Made by a program: the position numbers and the translations under genes. Below are positions 8,496 to 16,063 of a stretch of DNA of 40,189 bases, in pieces. The stretch is from Dehalococcoidia bacterium (GTDB taxonomy: Bacteria; Chloroflexota; Dehalococcoidia; Lucifugimonadales; Australimonadaceae). Under the pieces are notes generated by a model, which saw only the letters and a program-made list of their open reading frames with translations, was not told the DNA's origin and did not search any database. Each line of letters opens with the position of its first letter. The first letter of the stretch is position 1. The DNA lies in NCBI GenBank assembly GCA_046705745.1, contig JBJKQC010000260.1, positions 1 through 40,189 on the forward strand. Direction: 5' to 3'.

Positions 8496-10550
8496 ATGTT
8501 CCCTGAAGTTGCTGCTTGGTTGATTATTTGGTTGCCACTGGCCGCGGCGGTGCTGGCCGTCGTCATCCGCCTTCTTCCGCCTAAGGCTTGGCCGTTTAGT
8601 GGCTACGTCGTGATCGTTGGTGTCGGCGCTACCTTTATCCTGAGCGTATGGGCGCTGCAGGCGACACTATCCAACGGGACAGCCAATTACAGCCCGCATC
8701 CTTGGTTCACAATCGGTAATGTTGCGGCGGGCACGGGCTTCGCAATGACCGTCGGCGTCTTCTTGGACCCGCTGACGGCGATCATGGTGGTAATCGTATC
8801 CGGCGTCTCTTTGCTCGTGCAAATCTACTCGCTCGGTTATATGCGCAATGGCGTAGTAGCAGCTTCCCCAAATGCTGATGCTCACGCCGCCACGACCATC
8901 CGGCATGACAGCAGCCAAAAGTGGGGCGATTACCCCCGTTACTTCACTTACATGGCTATCTTCACGGCAGCCATGCTGGGACTAGTGCTTTCCTATAACC
9001 TCATTGAGCTCTTTGTTTTCTGGGAACTCGTGGGCTTGACCTCCTACCTGCTGATCGGCTTTTGGTACCACCGGCCGGCTGCGGCGGCCGCCGCCAAGAA
9101 GTCGTTCATCGTCACCCGTCTTGGCGACTTTGGGTTTCTCCTCGCCATCATTTACCTATTTTTCAACCGTGCCCAGTTTTCCCAACTGGGCCTGAATCCC
9201 TTTTCGATTCCGGACATACTCAAGGCAGCCCCGGTGCTCTCGGCCGGACTCGTTACGTGGGTATCGCTGGGCATGTTCGCCGGTGCCGTGGGCAAGTCCG
9301 CCCAGTTCCCGCTAAACACCTGGCTGCCCGACGCGATGGAAGGCCCTACGCCGGTTAGCTCGTTCATCCACGCCGCGACAATGGTCGCGGCTGGTGTGTT
9401 CTTAGTGGCGCGCATGTTCCCATTGTTCCAGCACAGTGCCGCTGCATTAAACACTGTGGCCATCATCGGCGGCGCCTCAGCGTTCCTTGCCGCCGCCATG
9501 GGCCTCGTCTCCAACGACATCAAACGAGTCCTGGCCTTTTCCACCGTAAGCCAACTCGGTTACATGTTCCTGGCCCTTGGCGTCGGCGCTCCGGTGGTCG
9601 CTATCTTCCACCTCTTCAATCACGCCTTCTTCAAGTGCTTGCTCTTCCTCGGAGCCGGCAGCGTTCATCACTCCGCGAATACCTTCGACATGCGCTATAT
9701 GGGCGGCATGCGAAAGTGGATGCCCGTGACTTATGCCGCGACCCTCATCGCCGGGCTCAGCCTCGCGGGCATATTCCCGTTCTCGGGTTTCTGGAGCAAG
9801 GATGGGATCCTTGCCGCCGCTTGGTCGGGTCATGCCGCGGCGAACGTTGGCGTTTCCCAGTTCGTGTTTTGGCTGGGCCTCATAGCGGCCTTCCTGACGG
9901 CTTTCTACATCATGCGGCTGATCATCCTGACGTTTCACGGGGAGTTCCGCGGAGGCATCGACGCCATACCTCAAGATGAGCGCCTGCCGGACGAGGCGCA
10001 CGCGCATGTGCACCGCAGTGAGTCGCCGGTAGTTATGGCCTTCCCCATGGTCGTGCTAGGAGCTTTGGCGCTTGGCTCCGGGTTCTTCGCAAATCCCACC
10101 GTGAGTCTTGGCGTGATCCCTTCCTATTGGTTCTCGCACTTTCTCCAAGCGGCGCCGCCCAGTTTCAATATCGCAATCTCTAGCCTGTCCACCGGGGTAG
10201 CCTTCGTGGGACTGGGCGTTGCTTTTTACCTATATGGCGTGAAGCGGAGGATATCTGTGCCGCTGTCCAAGCCGGCCGCGCTGGTGCATCAGGTGCTGGC
10301 CCGCCGGTATTACATGGACGATTTTTACGAGGACTTTCTCGTCCGGCGTGTGGCCTACCGCGGGTTGTTCTTGGCCGCGGACTGGGTCGACCGACGGATT
10401 GTAGATGGAATTATGGACCTCATCGGATGGCTGGGCCGCAACACCGGCAGAGCCGTCGCGCAACTTCAGACAGGGCAGGTGCAGGTGTATGGCGTCGCCG
10501 TCTCTATGGGGGTGATCGTCTTGCTCATGCTTTACCTGTTCCAATGGTAG
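8496..10550 (+). CDS. nuoL: NADH-quinone oxidoreductase subunit L
   Basis: 684 aa antiporter-like subunit. Motifs: WELVGLTSYLLIGFW, GKSAQFPL..WLPDAMEGPTPVS..IHAATMV, plus a C-terminal lateral-helix region. Confidence 0.95.
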   Translation: MFPEVAAWLIIWLPLAAAVLAVVIRLLPPKAWPFSGYVVIVGVGATFILSVWALQATLSNGTANYSPHPWFTIGNVAAGTGFAMTVGVFLDPLTAIMVVIVSGVSLLVQIYSLGYMRNGVVAASPNADAHAATTIRHDSSQKWGDYPRYFTYMAIFTAAMLGLVLSYNLIELFVFWELVGLTSYLLIGFWYHRPAAAAAAKKSFIVTRLGDFGFLLAIIYLFFNRAQFSQLGLNPFSIPDILKAAPVLSAGLVTWVSLGMFAGAVGKSAQFPLNTWLPDAMEGPTPVSSFIHAATMVAAGVFLVARMFPLFQHSAAALNTVAIIGGASAFLAAAMGLVSNDIKRVLAFSTVSQLGYMFLALGVGAPVVAIFHLFNHAFFKCLLFLGAGSVHHSANTFDMRYMGGMRKWMPVTYAATLIAGLSLAGIFPFSGFWSKDGILAAAWSGHAAANVGVSQFVFWLGLIAAFLTAFYIMRLIILTFHGEFRGGIDAIPQDERLPDEAHAHVHRSESPVVMAFPMVVLGALALGSGFFANPTVSLGVIPSYWFSHFLQAAPPSFNIAISSLSTGVAFVGLGVAFYLYGVKRRISVPLSKPAALVHQVLARRYYMDDFYEDFLVRRVAYRGLFLAADWVDRRIVDGIMDLIGWLGRNTGRAVAQLQTGQVQVYGVAVSMGVIVLLMLYLFQW

Positions 10551-12056
10551 GTGGCGCACATGCTCAGCGCGATCATCTTCGTTCCCGCATTCGGCGCCTT
10601 GCTGGTACTGGCGCTTGGTAAAGACGCACGCGTTTCGAGGGCTATCGCCGTAGCCACTGCTACGGCAGAGTTGGTCCTGACGCTCATCGTGTTCGCCGTC
10701 AACCTTCACCGCGGAGTCATGGGATACACGTTTGTTGAGCGGGCGAATTGGATCTCCGCCTTCCACATTCAGTACCTGGTAGGTGTCGATGGCCTGAGTA
10801 CGCCGTTGGTGCTCCTCAATGGCCTCTTGGGGCTGGCGGCCGTCCTGGTGTCTTGGCGCGTGACGTTTCGCCCGCGCGAGTACTTCATGTGGCTGTTGAT
10901 GCTCCAGACGGCCGTCATGGGCGTGTTCATTTCGCTGGACTTCATCCTGTTCTTCTTTTTCTGGGAGCTCGAGCTCGTTCCCACGTTCTTCCTCATCGCT
11001 CGGTGGGGCACGGGACGACGTGAATACTCGGCTATGAAGTTCTTCATCTTCACGTTCTTGGGCTCCGCGTTCATGTTCGCGGCGATCATCGCGCTGTATT
11101 TCTCGTTCCCCGGCCCCGAGCGTACTTTTGACATGATCCAGCTTGCTGGCAGGCCAATGACCAACCTCATTGTTCCGGCCTCGCTGATTTTCAGCGGCTT
11201 CCTCATCGCCTTCGCGGTGAAGCTGCCCATCTTCCCGCTGCACACCTGGCTGCCGGATGCCTACACCGACTCCTCCACGGCCGTGAGCGTCATGCTGGCC
11301 GGTGTCCTGGGGAAGATGGGGGGCTATGGCCTGCTGCGCGTCAGCGCCGGCATGTTCCACGTGGAATTGGCCCGTTTTGCGCCGCTTCTAGTGGTGCTGG
11401 CCGTTATCAATGTGCTGTACGGCGCGTTCATCGTCATGCGGCAGACCGACCTCAAGCGCATGGTGGCCTACAGCAGCTTCAGCCACATGGGATTCGTGGT
11501 CCTTGGCCTTGCCTCCGTTGGCGCGGTGGCGGGACAGTTCAATGGCGTTGGCCTCAACGGCGCCGCGCTTCAGCTCTTTTCTCACGGCGTCATCAATGGG
11601 CTGTTGTTCGTGATAGTTGGCCTTATCTATGACCGGACGCACACGCGGTCAATTCCCGACATGGGTGGGCTGGCCAGGCAAATGCCCCTCATCGCCGTTG
11701 GGCTGCTCCTGGCGGGCTTTGGCGTCCTGGGACTGCCAACCACCAGCGGCTTCGTCGCTGAAATCCTGGTCTTTCTCGGCTCCTTCCCCGCCTATGCTTG
11801 GGCAACTGGCCTAGCGGTCTTTGGCGTGGTATTGGCCGCGGGGTACATGCTGTGGGTCGCGGAGCGAACGATGTTCGGTCCGTCCCTCCCGCGATGGGAA
11901 TTCCTCAGCAAAGCCGAGTACCGGGTGAACCTGGCAGAGGCCGGTGCGATGGCGCTGCTCGTCGTGCCCATCTTCGTCGTCGGTATTTACCCGAGGATCG
12001 TCACCGATCTCTTTAACCTCGGGCTCACGCCCATTATTCGGGCGTTTGGAGGCTGA
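10551..12056 (+). CDS. nuoM: NADH-quinone oxidoreductase subunit M
   Basis: 501 aa. Motifs FFFFWELELVPTFFLI, AVKLPIFPLHTWLPDAY and YSSFSHMGFV. Start is the GTG at 10551 directly after the nuoL stop, or the ATG at 10560. Confidence 0.95.
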   Translation: MAHMLSAIIFVPAFGALLVLALGKDARVSRAIAVATATAELVLTLIVFAVNLHRGVMGYTFVERANWISAFHIQYLVGVDGLSTPLVLLNGLLGLAAVLVSWRVTFRPREYFMWLLMLQTAVMGVFISLDFILFFFFWELELVPTFFLIARWGTGRREYSAMKFFIFTFLGSAFMFAAIIALYFSFPGPERTFDMIQLAGRPMTNLIVPASLIFSGFLIAFAVKLPIFPLHTWLPDAYTDSSTAVSVMLAGVLGKMGGYGLLRVSAGMFHVELARFAPLLVVLAVINVLYGAFIVMRQTDLKRMVAYSSFSHMGFVVLGLASVGAVAGQFNGVGLNGAALQLFSHGVINGLLFVIVGLIYDRTHTRSIPDMGGLARQMPLIAVGLLLAGFGVLGLPTTSGFVAEILVFLGSFPAYAWATGLAVFGVVLAAGYMLWVAERTMFGPSLPRWEFLSKAEYRVNLAEAGAMALLVVPIFVVGIYPRIVTDLFNLGLTPIIRAFGG

Positions 12057-12060
12057 ATAC

Positions 12061-13572
12061 ATGGGAGTAACGCTCCGGGATCTTTACCTCCTGTCGCCCG
12101 AGCTGGCGATGACGGCCTTGGCCGTCTTCGTCGTCTTGGTGGACCTGGTGCTCAAGCGCAAGCATCTGGTGCAGGTCATCGCCATTGCTGGACTGGTAGT
12201 GCCGGTTGCCTTGGCAGCCGTACTCTGGGCTGATGTCAGCAGCCATGGCTCCCAGGTAGCCTTCAACGGCTCGCTCATGGTGGACGAGTTCGCCGTCTTC
12301 TTCAAGTTCCTCATCATCGGAATACTAGCGTTGGTTTTGCTCGCCGGTAGCGATTATGTGGAACGCTTTCGGCCCTATCAGGCGGAATTCACCGGCCTCT
12401 TGCTGTTCTCGGGCACCGGGCTCATGTTGCTTGCCGCAGCCTCGGACTTGATCACCGTCTACCTATCGTTGGAGTTGGCCTCGTTGCCCGTGGTAGCCAT
12501 GGCCGCGTTCATCAAGACCCAGCTCCGCTCCACGGAGGCTGGGCTCAAGTACTTGGTGCTGTCCGCCGTGTCGTCGGCGGTCCTTCTGTATGGCTTCGCC
12601 TTTCTCTATGCCGCGACGGGCTCCATACGCCTCGTCTCTGCCGGTCCCGGCGGCCCGTCCATCGCCCAGATGATCCCGATGAACAACCCTGCGCTGCCAT
12701 TCGACGGATTCGCCGTCATGGTAGGCGCGGTGCTGGCCGCTGCCGGCTTCGGGTTCAAGCTCTCCATGGTGCCGTTTCAGATGTGGACCCCAGACGTCTA
12801 TGAGGGGGCTCCCACTCCCGTCGCTGCCTTCCTGGCGGTGGCCAGCAAGGCAGCCGCCTTTGCCGTCCTATTGCGCGTGTTCTACTCCGCTCTCGGTCCC
12901 GTGAGTCCGGACTGGTCCATAATGTTCGCTGCCCTCGCCGCTGTAACCATGACTGTCGGCAATGTGGTCGCCATTGCTCAGACCAACGTGAAGCGGCTGC
13001 TGGGGTACAGCACCATCGCTCACGCCGGTTACATCCTCGTCGGCGTTGCCGCTATCGCTGCCCGTAGCCAGGAGGCTGCGGACGCCTCCCTTGGCATCAC
13101 CAGCGTCCTGTTTTACCTCGGCGGCTACGCGGTCATGAACCTAGCGGCCTTTTTTGCCGTGTTGGCTATCACCAACCGGACCGGGGACGAGCGCATTGCG
13201 GGGCTTGCCGGCATGGGAAGGCGGGCGCCGCTGCTGGCGTTCGTGTTCGCCTTCGCGTTGGTCTCTCTAACGGGAATACCGCCCACGGTCGGGTTCATGG
13301 GTAAGTTGTTCCTTTTTAACGCTGCCATCAACTCCGGCCTCACGTGGTTGGCCGTTCTCGGCCTGGTCAACAGCGCCGTCTCCGCGTACTACTATCTTGG
13401 GATCGTTCGCATCATGTACCTCAAAGAGCCGGATGACCCAAAGCCGGTGGGCGCCGCAATCCCGGCCCGAGTGGCTTTGGCCCTCACCGCCGTGGGCGTC
13501 CTAGTTCTCGGCCTCTGGCCCAGCGGACTCTTTGCAGTCGCTCACAGCGCGGCCGCGGGCCTCCTACCCTAG
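12061..13572 (+). CDS. nuoN: NADH-quinone oxidoreductase subunit N
   Basis: ATG at 12061 with GGAGG 8 nt upstream (MGVTLRDLYLLSPELAM...). Motifs KLSMVPFQMWTPDVYEGAPTPV and LLGYSTIAHAGY. The track ORF from 11944 overlaps nuoM. Confidence 0.9.
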   Translation: MGVTLRDLYLLSPELAMTALAVFVVLVDLVLKRKHLVQVIAIAGLVVPVALAAVLWADVSSHGSQVAFNGSLMVDEFAVFFKFLIIGILALVLLAGSDYVERFRPYQAEFTGLLLFSGTGLMLLAAASDLITVYLSLELASLPVVAMAAFIKTQLRSTEAGLKYLVLSAVSSAVLLYGFAFLYAATGSIRLVSAGPGGPSIAQMIPMNNPALPFDGFAVMVGAVLAAAGFGFKLSMVPFQMWTPDVYEGAPTPVAAFLAVASKAAAFAVLLRVFYSALGPVSPDWSIMFAALAAVTMTVGNVVAIAQTNVKRLLGYSTIAHAGYILVGVAAIAARSQEAADASLGITSVLFYLGGYAVMNLAAFFAVLAITNRTGDERIAGLAGMGRRAPLLAFVFAFALVSLTGIPPTVGFMGKLFLFNAAINSGLTWLAVLGLVNSAVSAYYYLGIVRIMYLKEPDDPKPVGAAIPARVALALTAVGVLVLGLWPSGLFAVAHSAAAGLLP

Positions 13573-13750
13573 CTTCTTCATTTGCCGCTTCCCCTCCGTG
13601 CACGCTGCCCCTCAGGGTCTTTCGTTTGTCATGCAAGCCCTTGCCCGGCGCCCGGTCTCGCATCGAACGCCGTGGCTAGCCGGACATACATCGAAAGCCC
13701 CTGGGCCTCTATCTCACCCTCTCACCTTTTCCTTCGGCCACCTTCCTTCC

Positions 13751-13775
13751 GCAATCTGGCGTCCCATGTTATAAT
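13751..13775 (+). promoter_or_regulatory. Candidate sigma-70 promoter with extended -10 (TGTTATAAT) in a local AT-rich patch
   Basis: TATAAT at 13770-13775 is preceded by TG at 13767-13768. A weak -35-like TTCCGC lies 17 nt upstream. GAAC-N4-GTAC (13777-13788) follows immediately. No canonical gene lies downstream. Confidence 0.3.
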
Positions 13776-13908
13776 AGAACAAATGTACTTTCACGGATAC
13801 CCCACCACCTACCACTCACCATCGCAGACTTCCCGGCTCGCAACTCGCCAGCTAGTGCGCTTCAAAAACAAATTTTGCGCCAGTGCTGCGAGTCGATTCG
13901 CCAGTCTG

Positions 13909-14315
13909 CCAGGCCGTGGCCACGCGGAACCCGTTTCGCCGCTGCGCTTTGCTGCGGGTGATTTTCGGGTTTGCTTCGGCCTCGCTTCGCCTCTGCTGCG
14001 GCCTTGCTGCGGCTTGCTTCGCTTGCCTGTCCGGCCCTCACTGCTCGCCGCTTACTGCTTACTGCTCACCGCTTACCGCTTACCGTTCACTGCGGCGTGC
14101 CGGAGAAAATCTACGCGAATGTTGCACCCCACAATACCCCGTACGCCAGGCCGTGGCCCGCTGGAGAGGATTTCGGTGTCGCGCGCGTTGCGGGTTATTT
14201 TCGGGTTTGTTGCGGGTTTGTTGCGGGTTGTTGCGGGTGATTTGCGGGTTGTTGCGGCTAGTGTTGCGGGCCGGGAACCGATCCAGCCCTCGGAAGCCGG
14301 GGCGCAACACCAGGC
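13909..14315. repeat. ~237-bp direct duplication, each copy carrying an array of eight ~11-bp phased T/G-rich units (consensus ~YTTGYTGCGG)
   Basis: GCCAGGCCGTGGCC occurs at 13909 and 14146. ATTTTCGGGTTTG occurs at 13962 and 14198. The C of the unit-terminal CG(G) falls at 13956, 13967, 13978, 13989, 14000, 14011, 14021, 14033 in copy 1 and at 14192, 14203, 14214, 14225, 14235, 14246, 14256, 14268 in copy 2. Copy 1 also has CGCTTAC heptamer repeats at 14049-14096. Confidence 0.7.
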
Positions 14316-14375
14316 CCCGGCCTGGCCCGCCGTCCGGCCGCTCTGCCCCGTAGCACTTGGCGGTGACACCCATGA

Positions 14376-14460
14376 CTGAGAATCGAAAGGCCCTGGGCAT
14401 CCGCCAATAGAGTGTTTGACAAGCTCGCGGAAGCGGTAGTAGCCTTCCGGCGTCTTACCT
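14376..14460 (+). pseudogene. Possible relic of the C-terminal tail of an IS5-family (IS427-like) DDE transposase
   Basis: The frame reads LRIERPWASANRVFDKLAEAVVAFRRLT. DKLAE...AF resembles the conserved ATRYDKLAxxFxAF tail of IS427-group transposases. No upstream DDE body or inverted repeats were found. Confidence 0.2.
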
Positions 14461-14762
14461 GCGGACCGCGCCGTCATAGGACGCCCCGGTCCCAACTTCC
14501 AACGAACAGCGGTGGCCCTGTGCTAACTGGCCGACGAACCAGTGCAGCAGAGCCGGCCTTTCGGTATTTGCAGGAGGTACGTAGGCCCCACGATTAGCAA
14601 GGGGCATGCCCGAGCGTTCAGCAATCGAAACCACCGAAAGACTCGCAGGACGTGAGGCTGCGGCCTCGGATGGCTGGGCCATCTGGTGGAGCCCATAGCC
14701 GAGCGACTGCGCGAGAAACATGGTCTTCGCCCTTAGGGCTCTAGACACAAGGAGGGCTCCAA

Positions 14763-15962
14763 ATGAACGGAACGCGACTGTCTTGGCTGATAGTGCCCAT
14801 CATGGCACTGGTGCTGTTGGTGGCTGCGGCATGCGGAAGCAATAGCCCCTCCCAGGCCAGCGGGCCCACGGCGACGACTCCGCCGACGCCGACCCAAAGC
14901 ACCCCCTCTACATCCGCAAGCCCGACCGCCACGCAGGCCGCCGCGCCCACCCCAACGTCGAGCACGCCCTACTTCCAAGGGAAGACCATCCGGCTGGTGG
15001 TCACCTCCTCTCCCGGCGGTGGAACCGACACTCAGGCCCGCTATCTAGCGGCCAAGTGGGGCCAGTTCATCCCCGGGCATCCTCGTATCACGGTGAGTAA
15101 CATCAGGCGGACCGCCGGCACGAATTACGCCTGGAACGCCAAGCCTGACGGGACCACGATCTTGTTCCAGGCCAACTCGAACATCTCCAGGGCGGATACG
15201 GACCCGCAGTCGCAGATGGATATCTCCAAAGTGCAGTACATAGCCGGATGGACGAGCAGGGTGCCTGCCCTGATGGTCTTTGACTCTGTCCCCTATAAGA
15301 CCATCAACGACGCCATGGGCAAAACGCAGCCCGTCATCCGTTACCCCGCGGAGGCGCCTAACGCGAACAGTATCAGCAGTACCGACCTCTCGGTCATGGC
15401 GATGGCCACCTATCTGAACGTTCCCATGAAGTTCGTGGCCGTGGCTGCGGCGAGCACCTCGGACGTCCTGCTCATGTACCAGCGTGGGGAGGCGGACGCC
15501 ATGGCCAAGGGCGGCCTGTGGCAGGAGTTGCCCGGGCTGGACCCGGGATGGGAGTCCCAGGGCAAGGTCAATTGTTTCGCTGTGCTGGGGCTTGCCGGAG
15601 CAAAGGTTGGCGCCAGTCCGGAGGCGCCGTGTAATGCCCCGTCTGTCGGCGACCTGGTGCCCGCATCTGACAAGGCGTTGTGGGACGCGCTGGCCGGACC
15701 CGACACGGTGGTGGGCAAGAACATATGGGTGCCGCCGGACACGCCCGCTTCGGTCGTCCAAATTCTGCGGAATGCCGCGCAACAGGCCGTACAGGACCAG
15801 ACTTTTGCCGCAGGGTACGCGAAGATAGCCGGAGAGGCGGTGGACTTCACTCCAGGTGCCCAGCTGCAGACGGAAATGGAGCAGACCAACACAGCCTTCC
15901 TCCAGCAGAAGGATAACGTGACCGCGTTCCAGCAGCAGATGTTTAACCAGTGGTTCAAGTGA
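14763..15962 (+). CDS. tctC: Tripartite tricarboxylate transporter (TTT) substrate-binding lipoprotein, TctC/Bug family
   Basis: GGAGGG RBS. Signal peptide with lipobox LLVAAAC. A Thr/Pro/Ser/Ala-rich tether of about 50 aa is followed by GKTIRLVV.SSPGGGTDTQARYLA, the TctC signature (PGGGTD). Confidence 0.85.
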   Translation: MNGTRLSWLIVPIMALVLLVAAACGSNSPSQASGPTATTPPTPTQSTPSTSASPTATQAAAPTPTSSTPYFQGKTIRLVVTSSPGGGTDTQARYLAAKWGQFIPGHPRITVSNIRRTAGTNYAWNAKPDGTTILFQANSNISRADTDPQSQMDISKVQYIAGWTSRVPALMVFDSVPYKTINDAMGKTQPVIRYPAEAPNANSISSTDLSVMAMATYLNVPMKFVAVAAASTSDVLLMYQRGEADAMAKGGLWQELPGLDPGWESQGKVNCFAVLGLAGAKVGASPEAPCNAPSVGDLVPASDKALWDALAGPDTVVGKNIWVPPDTPASVVQILRNAAQQAVQDQTFAAGYAKIAGEAVDFTPGAQLQTEMEQTNTAFLQQKDNVTAFQQQMFNQWFK

Positions 15963-16063
15963 GGTGGCGCGAGCGGCTATCGGTTAGCTACCAAAAGATG
16001 CAGCCTGCCGCGACATCGAGCACTGCTTGGCCCCGAAACCACAACGAGCAAGGAGGATGCGAG

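Noticed and set aside
10230-11360. 376-aa minus-strand ORF opposite nuoL/nuoM
   Set aside because: Its extreme Arg/Glu/His/Gln/Asp composition is typical of the antisense frame of a GC-rich membrane-protein gene. nuoL and nuoM on the plus strand are unambiguous.
14186-14271. Possible CRISPR array
   Set aside because: The repeats are 10-12 bp long and directly abut each other with no spacers, and no cas genes are present. This is not CRISPR architecture.
13582-14379. 265-aa ORF (and overlapping 156-aa and 89-aa ORFs) spanning the repeat island
   Set aside because: The translation is a by-product of the 11-bp and 7-bp DNA repeats (LLRVVAGDLRVVAAS, LLTAYRLPFTA). All three frames are open, which indicates repeat-driven rather than coding sequence. 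I treat the region as non-coding.
14455-14748. 97-aa minus-strand ORF containing SLGY and NTERP strings reminiscent of rve-integrase C-termini
   Set aside because: The motifs are in the wrong order and spacing for an integrase core domain, and the rest is Ala/Ser/Gly low-complexity. This is not enough to call even a pseudogene.
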